64,000 nucleotides of DNA. Source: Chloroflexota bacterium. GTDB taxonomy: Bacteria > Chloroflexota > UBA6077 > JAJPHF01. The translations under genes and the position numbers were made by a program. This document shows positions 36,836-45,235 of the stretch, piece after piece (position 1 is the first letter of the stretch; each line of letters starts with the position of its first letter). The notes beneath the pieces were generated by a model. It ran no database searches, had not been told where the DNA came from, and worked only from the letters and a program-made list of their open reading frames with translations. The DNA lies in assembly GCA_035294645.1 (NCBI GenBank), contig DATGKN010000124.1, positions 38,335 through 102,334 of the forward strand, given 5' to 3'.

Positions 36836-37300
36836 TCAAGCGAGCAGGCGGGCGACCGCGGCGCGCGCCTGCTCGGCCTGCTGCTGGAGCTTCTCCGCCT
36901 CCGTCAGGACCCGCGCGGCCTCCAGCAGCGCCGCGCGCGGCGAACGTACATCCGCCACCTGCAGGGCGTCGTAGAGGCACGAGGCGGCCTCGTGGCGCGC
37001 GCGCACGCAGCGCACCCAGAGGTCGTGCAGCCGCGCGGCCTGCGGCGGGGGGCGCAGCTGGGTGAGCGTGCGCTCGGTCTCGATCGTGCGCCACACGAAC
37101 ACGCCCGAGTGCTCCCCGCGCGGGTCGTTGGCGGCCAGCAGATCGGTGGTCCGCGCCACGCCCATGCGCTCCAGCCACTGGCGGTACTCGCTCTCCAGCT
37201 GGCGCCACAGCGGGTCGGCGGCGGCCAGATAACTCTCCAATGCCGCCCGCGCCGCGGGCGGCAGCCGCCGTCCCCCGAACAACCCGTCTAAAAGCCCCAT
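36836..37300 (-). CDS. Hypothetical helical protein
   Basis: 154-aa ORF that tiles between its neighbours, with an AGGAG-like RBS and typical codon usage. Confidence 0.7.
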   Translation of the reverse strand: MGLLDGLFGGRRLPPAARAALESYLAAADPLWRQLESEYRQWLERMGVARTTDLLAANDPRGEHSGVFVWRTIETERTLTQLRPPPQAARLHDLWVRCVRARHEAASCLYDALQVADVRSPRAALLEAARVLTEAEKLQQQAEQARAAVARLLA

Positions 37301-37332
37301 CCTGGCGGTCTCTCCTGGCAGGCAGCCGCGCG

Positions 37333-37725
37333 CTAGGGCAGCTCGGCATCGCTCAGCCCGAAATAGTGGCCCAGCTCGTGGATCACTGTGAGCCGCACCT
37401 CTTCCTTGATCTCGCGGCTACTGCGGCAGGCTTCGACGATCGGCTCGCGGAAGATCGTGATGCGGTCGGGCAAAGCGAGATGGTAGCCGGTGCCGCGCTC
37501 GGCCAACGGCGTGCCCTCATACAGGCCGAACAGCGTCTCGCCGGGCCCCAGCCCTAGCGCGCGCAGCTGCTCGGGCGAGGGGCGATCGGCAATCAAGATC
37601 GCCACATTGTCGAGACGGCGAGCGAACGCCGGTGGCAGCTCGCGCAGCGCCTCGCGCACCAGCCGCTCGAAACGGGCGGCCGAGAGCCGGCGACCGCGCA
37701 GCCGATGGGAGCGCACTAGCCTCAT
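37333..37725 (-). CDS. Zincin-like metallopeptidase (DUF1025 family)
   Basis: FERLV..AL..LP, LFGLYEGTPL, PDRITIFREPI, HELGHYFG (HExxH). Confidence 0.9.
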   Translation of the reverse strand: MRLVRSHRLRGRRLSAARFERLVREALRELPPAFARRLDNVAILIADRPSPEQLRALGLGPGETLFGLYEGTPLAERGTGYHLALPDRITIFREPIVEACRSSREIKEEVRLTVIHELGHYFGLSDAELP

Positions 37726-37811
37726 AGGCCCGGCCGCGGCAGTAGGGTGAGCACCAGCGAGAGCACCACCAGCAGCGCAACGACGACGAACACGAGCTGC
37801 TTGCCCGACAC
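37722..37811 (-). CDS. Putative 29-aa single-TM small protein
   Basis: GTG start gives (M)SGKQLVFVVVALLVVLSLVLTLLPRPGL*. GGGAGG/GGAG upstream, and its TGA overlaps the ATG of the zincin gene. Confidence 0.55.
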   Translation of the reverse strand: MSGKQLVFVVVALLVVLSLVLTLLPRPGL

Positions 37812-37931
37812 GCTCCAGCGCCTCCCCACGGCTGTGCTCGGGTGCAGTGTACCACGTCGCGCCGCCCCCTGTGGACAGCGGCTTCGCGCCGATGCCATAA
37901 TGCTGGTGATGCACCCAGGGTGGAGGGCGCC

Positions 37932-38501
37932 GTGTTGCGCGGGGTCAAAACGGTTCTGCGGCCCATTGATGAAAACGACCTGGAGCTGCTTCACAAGTGG
38001 GAAAACGACCCCGAGCTGACCTATTTCTTGAACGCCGATCGCTATCGTGCGCTATCGTTCGAAGATATTCAGCGACGGTATCGCCAAATTCGTGCCGATC
38101 CCACCATGGAGCTGTTTATCATCGAGACACTCCAGGGCGAGCGGATCGGTATGATCGGCTACGACAACTACTCGCCGGAGCGGCGCTCGTTCCGCGTGTA
38201 CATCGGCATCGGAGAAAAGCGGTACTGGAACCAGGGCTACGGCACCGACGCCATGTGCACGCTGCTCCGCCACGGCTTTGCCGATTTGCAAGTCGAGCGG
38301 GTGTACCTTAGCGTATACGATTTCAACGATCGCGCCATTGCCGCCTACCGCAAGTGTGGCTACCGCGTCGATGGCGTGCGGCGCAACGTCGCGCTCGTCG
38401 ACGGGCAATGGTGCGACAGTATCGAGATGAGCGTGACCGCGGCCGACTTCGCGCGCCAGATGCAGCGGCGGGCCACTGCCAGCCGCTACGGCCGCGATTG
38501 A
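37932..38501 (+). CDS. RimJ/RimL-type GNAT N-acetyltransferase
   Basis: LRPIDENDL, IGEKRYWNQGYGTDA, V...NDRAIAAYRKCGY. GGAGG RBS and TGC-CATAAT upstream. Confidence 0.9.
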   Translation: MLRGVKTVLRPIDENDLELLHKWENDPELTYFLNADRYRALSFEDIQRRYRQIRADPTMELFIIETLQGERIGMIGYDNYSPERRSFRVYIGIGEKRYWNQGYGTDAMCTLLRHGFADLQVERVYLSVYDFNDRAIAAYRKCGYRVDGVRRNVALVDGQWCDSIEMSVTAADFARQMQRRATASRYGRD

Positions 38502-38527
38502 ACGGCTTGCAGAACGGACTGTGTTCC

Positions 38528-41185
38528 ATGAATGAGCGCATCGACGCGCCCGTGTGGACCAGCGGGCGCCTCCGCCGATTGTTCATCGAGTTCTTTCAGG
38601 AGAAGGGGCATCTGGAGATGCCTAGCTCCAGCCTGGTGCCCCAGGACGACCCCACCGTGCTGCTGACCACCGCCGGCATGCAGCAGATGGTGCCGTACAT
38701 GTTGGGGCGCCGCGAGCCGCCGGCCCGTCGCCTCTGCTCGGTCCAGAAGTGCTTCCGCACCACGGACATCGATCAGGTCGGCAACCCGCGCAACCTCACC
38801 TTCTTCGAGATGCTGGGCAACTTCTCGATCGGGGACTACTTCAAGGCCGAGGCTATCGCCTGGGCCTGGGAGTTCGTCACCACGCGGCTGCGGCTGCCGC
38901 CCGAGCGCCTCTGGGTCACCGTTCACCCTACCGACGACGAGGCTGCCGGGCTGTGGCAGGCTCAGGGCGTCCCGCCCGAGCGCATCGGCCGGCTGGAGGA
39001 CAACTGGTGGGGCCCCCCGGGCACCTCGGGCCCCTGTGGGCCCGACTCGGAGATCTACGTCGACCGCGGGGAGGCATTCGGTTGCGGGCGCCCCGACTGC
39101 GCGCCCGGCTGTGCCTGCGACCGCTTCCTGGAGATCTGGAACCTCGTGTTCATGCAGTACTTCCAGGACGAGCAGGGCGTGCGGCAGCCGCTGGCGCAGC
39201 GCAACATCGACACCGGCATGGGCCTCGAGCGGCTGACCGCTGTCATGCAGGGTGTGCCGACCGTCTACGAGACCGACCTGTTCCGGCCGATCCTGGCCCG
39301 GGTCGAGCAGCTCACCGGCGGCCGCTATGGCACCGATCCGCGCCAAGACTACGCCATGCGCGTGCTGGCCGACCATAGCCGCGGCATGACGTTCCTGGTC
39401 AGCGACGGCGTGCAGCCCGGCCCCGAGGGGCGCGGCTACGTGCTGCGGCGCATCATCCGGCGCGCGGTGCGCTACGGCCGGCAGCTAGGGCTCACCGGCC
39501 CCTTCCTCGGCGAGCTCGTCGACGTGGTGGGCGACCTCATGGCTCCCTGGTATCCCGAGCTGCGCTCCAACCGTGCGGCCATCCAGGCGGTGATCGCCAA
39601 GGAAGAGAGCCGCTTCAGCGGTACCCTAGAGCGCGGGCTCGCGCTGCTGGAGCAGTGGGTCAGCGAGGCGCAGGCCCGCGGCGAGCGGGTGCTCGCCGGC
39701 GAGCGCCTGTTCGAGCTGCACGACACCCATGGGGTGCCCATCGAGGTGAGCGCCGAGGTCGTGCGCGAGAGCGGGCTGGAGCCGGATGAGGCGGGCTTCC
39801 GCGCGGCCCTGGCCGCGGCGCGCGAGCGGAGCCGGGCCACCGCCGCGTTCAAGGTCGCCGCGGGGGCGGGGCTGGGCGCCAGCGTCGACGAGGCGCCGCC
39901 GACCGTGTTCCTCGGCTACCAGACGCTCAGCGCGCCCGCGCGGGTGTTGGCGCTACTCGATGCACGCGGGCGCCCGACCGGCCGCCTGGCCGCAGGCGAG
40001 CGCGGGGCCGTGGTGCTCGACCTCACGCCGTTCTACGCCGAGGGCGGCGGCCAGGTCGGTGATCAGGGCATTCTGCAGGGGGGCGAGACGACCTTCGCGG
40101 TCGAGGACTGCAAGTCCGACGGCGCGGGCCATCACCTGCACTTCGGGCGCGTGCTGGCGGGCGAGCTGCGGCCGGGGCTGCCCGTGGAGGCGCGCGTCGA
40201 TGCGGCGCTGCGGGCGCGCACCGCCAAGCACCACACCGTGACGCACCTGCTGCACAAGGCGCTGCGCGACGTGCTCGGCCCGCACGCGGCGCAGGCCGGC
40301 TCGCTGGTGAGCCCGCGGGTGGCTCGCTTCGACTTCCCTCACGATGGTCCGCTGTCGCCCGAACAGCTGCACGCGGTGACCGCGGCGATCAACGAGCAGA
40401 TCCTGCGCGACTTGCCGGTGACTACCGAGGAGCTACCGTACACGGAGGCCATCCAACAGGGCGTGTGGGCGCTGTTCGGTGAGAAGTACGGCGACCGCGT
40501 GCGGGTCGTGCGTGTGGGCGACTACAGCCAAGAGCTGTGCGGCGGCACTCACGTGCGCCATAGCGGGGAGATCGGCTCCGCTTACATCGCCAGCGAGACG
40601 GGCATCGGCAGCGGGCTCCGCCGCGTCGAGGTAGTCGCCGGGCCGGCGGCGCTGGAGTGGGTCGAGAGCCGGCTCGCCCAACTAGCCCGCGTGGCCGAGA
40701 CGGTCGGCGCGCCGGCCGAGGCCGCCGCCGAGCGGGTGCAGGCACTGCTGACCGAGCTGCAAGCTACGCGCCGCGAGCTGAGCCGGCTGGAGAAGCAGAT
40801 CGCCGCGGCCCGGGCCGAGGAGCTGGCCGCGCGCGCGCAGGCGATCGATGGCCTGCAGGTCGTCGCCGCCCGGGTCGAGGCGTCCAGCAAGGAGGCGTTG
40901 GGCGAGACCGCCGACCGCATCCGCAACCGGCTCGGTCCCAGCGTGGTGGCGCTCGGGGCGGTGATCGAGGCGCGGCCGCACTTCGTGGTGACGGTCAGCC
41001 CCGAGGCACAGCAGGTGGGCCTCAAGGCGGGGGCCCTGGTCAAGCAGGTCGCGAGCGTGGCGGGCGGCGGCGGCGGGGGGCGCGACAGTTTCGCCACCGG
41101 CGCTGGCCGCGATGTGGCGCGCCTGGACGAGGCGCTAGCCCAGGTGCCGCGACTGGTGCGCGAGGCCCGCGCCGGCCGGGGCTGA
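38528..41185 (+). CDS. alaS: Alanine--tRNA ligase
   Basis: DPTVLLTTAGM, TFFEMLGNFS, EIWNLVFMQY, IDTGMGLER, editing motifs HTVTH and ELCGGTH, and C-Ala GGGGGGR. Confidence 0.98.
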   Translation: MNERIDAPVWTSGRLRRLFIEFFQEKGHLEMPSSSLVPQDDPTVLLTTAGMQQMVPYMLGRREPPARRLCSVQKCFRTTDIDQVGNPRNLTFFEMLGNFSIGDYFKAEAIAWAWEFVTTRLRLPPERLWVTVHPTDDEAAGLWQAQGVPPERIGRLEDNWWGPPGTSGPCGPDSEIYVDRGEAFGCGRPDCAPGCACDRFLEIWNLVFMQYFQDEQGVRQPLAQRNIDTGMGLERLTAVMQGVPTVYETDLFRPILARVEQLTGGRYGTDPRQDYAMRVLADHSRGMTFLVSDGVQPGPEGRGYVLRRIIRRAVRYGRQLGLTGPFLGELVDVVGDLMAPWYPELRSNRAAIQAVIAKEESRFSGTLERGLALLEQWVSEAQARGERVLAGERLFELHDTHGVPIEVSAEVVRESGLEPDEAGFRAALAAARERSRATAAFKVAAGAGLGASVDEAPPTVFLGYQTLSAPARVLALLDARGRPTGRLAAGERGAVVLDLTPFYAEGGGQVGDQGILQGGETTFAVEDCKSDGAGHHLHFGRVLAGELRPGLPVEARVDAALRARTAKHHTVTHLLHKALRDVLGPHAAQAGSLVSPRVARFDFPHDGPLSPEQLHAVTAAINEQILRDLPVTTEELPYTEAIQQGVWALFGEKYGDRVRVVRVGDYSQELCGGTHVRHSGEIGSAYIASETGIGSGLRRVEVVAGPAALEWVESRLAQLARVAETVGAPAEAAAERVQALLTELQATRRELSRLEKQIAAARAEELAARAQAIDGLQVVAARVEASSKEALGETADRIRNRLGPSVVALGAVIEARPHFVVTVSPEAQQVGLKAGALVKQVASVAGGGGGGRDSFATGAGRDVARLDEALAQVPRLVREARAGRG

Positions 41186-41274
41186 GCCCCCGCTCGCTTG
41201 ACGCGCCCATACAGGCCGTGGTTCCCTAACTGGCGGGCGAGCGGGAAGCACCAGCTAGCGCCCGAGAGGAGGCT

Positions 41275-42735
41275 ATGCACGCCGGGTCGGGGGACGCGTC
41301 CACGGCGGCCGTGGTGGCCGACCCGGCCGACGACCTCGGGAGCCTCCGTAGCAAGCTGGAGCGCACCGTCGCGGCCCGCGTCTATCTGGTCCTGCCGCGC
41401 GAGGCACAGGTGCTGCGCACCCCGCTGGAGTTCCGCGTGCTGGCGCGGTTGGCTGCCCTGCTCGCCTCGGAGATCGTCATCGTCGCCGGCGACGGCCGGC
41501 GCCGCCGCCTGGCGCGGGAAGCAGGGTTCGCTACGCAGCGCGGCCTCGGGAACATCCGCCACTTGCTGTCGCCGGAGGATGCCGAGCGCTATCGCTTCCG
41601 CTGGTACCGCATCTGGCGTTGGTTCCCGCTCGTCTCCCTGCTGTGCACTGTGGGGTTCCCGGCGCTCGTGCTGGCGCTCGTCCTGCTGGGCGTGGCCCTG
41701 CTCCCCGAGCTGCGGGTGACGCTCGTGACCCGAGCGACGACCGACTCCGCGCTGCTGGACCTATCGATCGATCCCCGGGTCGTGCAGCCCGATGTGGCCG
41801 GGCACCGGCTGCCGGCCATCCCGCTGGAACACCGCTTCGAGGTGGAGACCAGCGTGCCGACCACCGGCCGTGGGCGGCGGCCCAGCGGCTACGCGCGCGG
41901 CACGGTGATCATGGTCAATGGCCGGGACGATCTGGTGCGCGTGCCACAGGGGCTGGTGCTCGTGGCCACCAACGGCGCGCAGTTCGCTACCCTGCAGGAG
42001 GTGCGGCTGCCCCCGCAGGCACTGCGCGGCCAACGCGTGCCCATCCAGGCGCTGGAGCCGGGCCCTGGCAGCAACGTGGCCGCCATGGCCATCACCCGCA
42101 CGCTCGACCCGGCGCCACCCGGGCTGGCGCTGTTCAACGACCAGCCGACCGAGGGCGGCAGCGAGGAGGAATATCCGGAGGTCGCCGCCGCCGACTTCGA
42201 CACTCTACGTGCGGCCCTCCTCGAGCAAGCCGCGGCGGCCGGGCGCGAGCAGCTCGCGGCGCTGGCCGGTGACGATCTGACCATCGTGCCGGACAGCCTG
42301 CGCGTGGAGCCGCTGACCGAGGCGTTTGCGCCCGGGTTGCGGGTCGAGGCAACCGAGGTGCAGGGGCGCCTGACAGCGCGCGCCACGGCCCTCGCCTATA
42401 GCAACGCCGCGTTCAACCAGCTCGCGGGGGCCGTCTGGGAAGCTACGCTGCCCGCGGGCTACCGGCGCCTCGATCCGGCCCCGACGTTCACGCCCCCGGA
42501 GTTCCTGGGCTTCCAGGACGGCGCGGCCCGGTTCCGCGTGGGCGTGCAGGGGCGCGTGGCCCCCGAGCTCGATGAAGCGACACTCCGTGCCGCCCTGCGC
42601 GGGCGCTCGCTCGCCGAGGCGCGGGCGCTGCTCGACCACTGGGAAGGGCTAGATGAACCCGCCATGGTGGAGATGTGGCCGACCTGGGCGCCATATGCGC
42701 TGCGCCTGCGCATCCGTGTTACGCTCAAGGAGTAA
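41275..42735 (+). CDS. Membrane-anchored baseplate J/gp47-like domain protein
   Basis: Small N-terminal alpha/beta domain, one TM helix, then TTG...ARGTVIMVN...VPQG..L....G..F.T...V.L...VPIQALEPG..SNV....I....N..PTEGG, which resembles baseplate-J-like domains. GAGGAGG RBS. Confidence 0.7.
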   Translation: MHAGSGDASTAAVVADPADDLGSLRSKLERTVAARVYLVLPREAQVLRTPLEFRVLARLAALLASEIVIVAGDGRRRRLAREAGFATQRGLGNIRHLLSPEDAERYRFRWYRIWRWFPLVSLLCTVGFPALVLALVLLGVALLPELRVTLVTRATTDSALLDLSIDPRVVQPDVAGHRLPAIPLEHRFEVETSVPTTGRGRRPSGYARGTVIMVNGRDDLVRVPQGLVLVATNGAQFATLQEVRLPPQALRGQRVPIQALEPGPGSNVAAMAITRTLDPAPPGLALFNDQPTEGGSEEEYPEVAAADFDTLRAALLEQAAAAGREQLAALAGDDLTIVPDSLRVEPLTEAFAPGLRVEATEVQGRLTARATALAYSNAAFNQLAGAVWEATLPAGYRRLDPAPTFTPPEFLGFQDGAARFRVGVQGRVAPELDEATLRAALRGRSLAEARALLDHWEGLDEPAMVEMWPTWAPYALRLRIRVTLKE

Positions 42736-42737
42736 CC

Positions 42738-43148
42738 GTGCCGCGCGGTCGCACATTGGCCCTGGATGTCGGAGAGCGACGTATCGGGCTGGCCATCAGT
42801 GACGAGGAAGGGATGCTCGCAACGCCCCTCGGCGTGCTGGAGCGACGCAGCTTCGCGGAGGATGTGGCGCGACTAGCCACCATCGTGCGCGAGCAACGCG
42901 CCGAGCGGCTGGTCGTCGGCCTGCCGCGCACCCTGGCGGGCGAGATCGGCCCCCAGGCGCGCCGCGTGCTGCGCTGGGCCGAGCGGATGGGCCGCGCGCT
43001 GGGGCTGCCACTGGAGTACTGGGACGAGCGCTTCTCGACCCTCGAAGCTGCCGAGCGCCTGGCCCATCGCCGCCCGCGCCGCCGCCCCCCGCTCGACGCT
43101 GCCGCAGCGGCCGTGATCTTGCAGGACTACCTGGACCACCACCCATGA
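42738..43148 (+). CDS. ruvX: YqgF/RuvX pre-16S rRNA nuclease (Holliday junction resolvase-like)
   Basis: LALDVGERRIGLAISD, VVGLP, WDERFST, LDAAAAAVILQ. Confidence 0.95.
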   Translation: MPRGRTLALDVGERRIGLAISDEEGMLATPLGVLERRSFAEDVARLATIVREQRAERLVVGLPRTLAGEIGPQARRVLRWAERMGRALGLPLEYWDERFSTLEAAERLAHRRPRRRPPLDAAAAAVILQDYLDHHP

Positions 43149-44233
43149 GGCAGCTCGGGGGCATCGTGGTCGGCCTGCTAGTGTGCGCTGCCGTGGCGCT
43201 GACGGCCTGGACCGTGTACGCCATGGCCGGCCGGGCTCTGGAGCGCGTCCGCGACCAGGTCGGGGGGATGGACGCACCCGTCAGCGATGACCCGACCCCC
43301 GTGCTGTTCCGCGTCGAGCCCGGCCAGAGCGCCACCGAGATCGGGCGCGCTTTGGAAGCTCAGGGCCTGATTCGCTCGGCGCGGCTGTTCCGCCTGCTAG
43401 TGGAGCGAGAAGGCGTCGGCGAGCGGCTGGCCGCCGGCGAGTACGAGCTGCGCCGCTCGTGGTCGACCAGCGAGATCGTGGCGGTGCTGGCCAGCGGGCG
43501 CGTACGCCGCGCCGCCGGCTTCACCGTGCCCGAGGGGTGGCGCGCGGAGGAGATCGCCTGGAAGCTGGACCAGCAGGCGCCGGGCGCCGGCGCCCGCCTC
43601 TTGGAGATCGTCTACACCGGCGACGCTCACCGCGCGGCCCTCGGCCTGGCCCCTGGGGACAGCCTCGAGGGGTTTCTCTTCCCCGACACCTACGACTGGC
43701 GCCCCGACCAGCCCGTGGATGCCCTGGTCGACCAGATGGTGGCCCAGTTCCTGGCGCGGTTCGACACGGCCCTGCGCGCGGCGATCGCGGCGCGCGGGCT
43801 GTCGGTGCGGGACGCGGTCACCCTGGCCTCGATCGTGGAGCGCGAGGCGGCGGTGCCCGACGAACGCCCCCTCATCGCCGCGGTGTACCTCAACCGGCTG
43901 GCTCGTGGGATGCCGCTGCAGGCCGATCCCACGGTGCAGTATGCGCTGGCAGCGGCGCGGGTCCCTGCTCCGGGCAACGTGCTGTGGAAGCGCGCGCTGG
44001 CCGAAGCCGACCTGGAGCAGCCCTCGCCGTACAACACCTATCGCTCCCCCGGGCTCCCCCCGGGCCCCATCTGTAACCCGGGGCTCGCCTCGCTGCGCGC
44101 CGTGGCCTGGCCGGCGCCGACCGACGCGCTGTACTTCGTCGCCCGCGGCGATGGCACGCACGTGTTCGCCCAGACCGGCGAGGAGCACCTGCGCAATGTG
44201 GAGCGCTATCGGCCAACGGATGCGGCGCCCTGA
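43145..44233 (+). CDS. mltG: Endolytic transglycosylase MltG
   Basis: N-terminal TM, TVPEG, LEGFLFPDTY, catalytic LASIVERE, LQADPTVQY, SPYNTY..PGLPPGPICNPG. Confidence 0.96.
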   Translation: MRQLGGIVVGLLVCAAVALTAWTVYAMAGRALERVRDQVGGMDAPVSDDPTPVLFRVEPGQSATEIGRALEAQGLIRSARLFRLLVEREGVGERLAAGEYELRRSWSTSEIVAVLASGRVRRAAGFTVPEGWRAEEIAWKLDQQAPGAGARLLEIVYTGDAHRAALGLAPGDSLEGFLFPDTYDWRPDQPVDALVDQMVAQFLARFDTALRAAIAARGLSVRDAVTLASIVEREAAVPDERPLIAAVYLNRLARGMPLQADPTVQYALAAARVPAPGNVLWKRALAEADLEQPSPYNTYRSPGLPPGPICNPGLASLRAVAWPAPTDALYFVARGDGTHVFAQTGEEHLRNVERYRPTDAAP

Positions 44234-44265
44234 GCGCCGCGATCGGGCGAGCGTTTAGAAGCGGC

Positions 44266-45159
44266 TCAACTGCCCGCCATGCGTAGGCACGCGGCCACTA
44301 CCACCTCGGGCCGCTCGCGCTGCGGGAAGTGGCCCACCCCCGCCAGTACCTCCCGCTGGTAGCCGCGGGGGAAGAACGCCTCTTTGCCCGCCGAGGTCTC
44401 GGGCAGCGTCGCGCCATCGTCTGCCCCATGCAGCACGATCGTCGGGACCAGCACTGGCTCGGTGCGCGCCAGCCGCTGCTCCAGCGCAGCGTAGCGCGGG
44501 TCGCCCGCCACCAGGCCCCAGCGGTGACGATAGGAGTGGATAGTCACCTCCAGCCAATCGGGATTGTCGAACGCGGCGGCCGTGGCGGCGAACTCGGCCT
44601 CGGAGAAGCGCCAGGAAGGCGACCAGAGCCGCCACAGCCGGCGCGTGAAGTCGCGCCGGTCGCGCGCCAGCGCCTGGCGGCCCTGCTCCAGGGCAAAGTA
44701 CCACTGGTACCAGTACTGGCGCGCTTGCTCGAACGACAGCGCCTGCTCGGGGCGGCTCGTTCCGTAGCCCACCGAGAGGGCCACCAGCGCGCGCAGGCGC
44801 TCCGGGCGCAGCACCGCCGCCACGTAAGCGGCCCGCGCGCCCCAATCGTGTCCCACCAGCACTACCGCGCGCAGATCCAGTGCCTCCAGGAAATCGACGG
44901 CATCCTGGCCCAGCGCGGCGATCTGGCCGCTGCGGGGCACACCAGGGCGCAGCCGCGTGGGCCCATAGCCCCGCAGGTACGGGCACAGCACGCGGTAGCC
45001 GGCCGCCACCAACGGCTCTACCACGCGGTCCCACGTGCGCACGTCGTCGGGCCAGCCATGCAGGCACACGACCACCCCGCGCGCGCCGCTGCCGCGATCC
45101 TCGTAGGCGATCTCCAGCACCTTGGTGGCAACCGTTCGCCACCTGGGCTGCTCGGGCAT
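44266..45159 (-). CDS. Alpha/beta hydrolase (epoxide hydrolase-like)
   Basis: LHGWPDD, YLRGYGPT, VGHDWGA nucleophile elbow, HGADDG, GHFPQRE. Confidence 0.92.
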   Translation of the reverse strand: MPEQPRWRTVATKVLEIAYEDRGSGARGVVVCLHGWPDDVRTWDRVVEPLVAAGYRVLCPYLRGYGPTRLRPGVPRSGQIAALGQDAVDFLEALDLRAVVLVGHDWGARAAYVAAVLRPERLRALVALSVGYGTSRPEQALSFEQARQYWYQWYFALEQGRQALARDRRDFTRRLWRLWSPSWRFSEAEFAATAAAFDNPDWLEVTIHSYRHRWGLVAGDPRYAALEQRLARTEPVLVPTIVLHGADDGATLPETSAGKEAFFPRGYQREVLAGVGHFPQRERPEVVVAACLRMAGS

Positions 45160-45235
45160 GATGGCTCCTCCTGCCGGCAGGGTCTTACTATAGTGGCGCA
45201 GGGCCGGTAGCAATAGCCAGCAGCGGGGGCCTCCC

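Noticed and set aside
41275-42735. Prophage or contractile injection system
   Set aside because: Only a single baseplate-like gene is present. It carries a TM helix and has no other virion or sheath genes.
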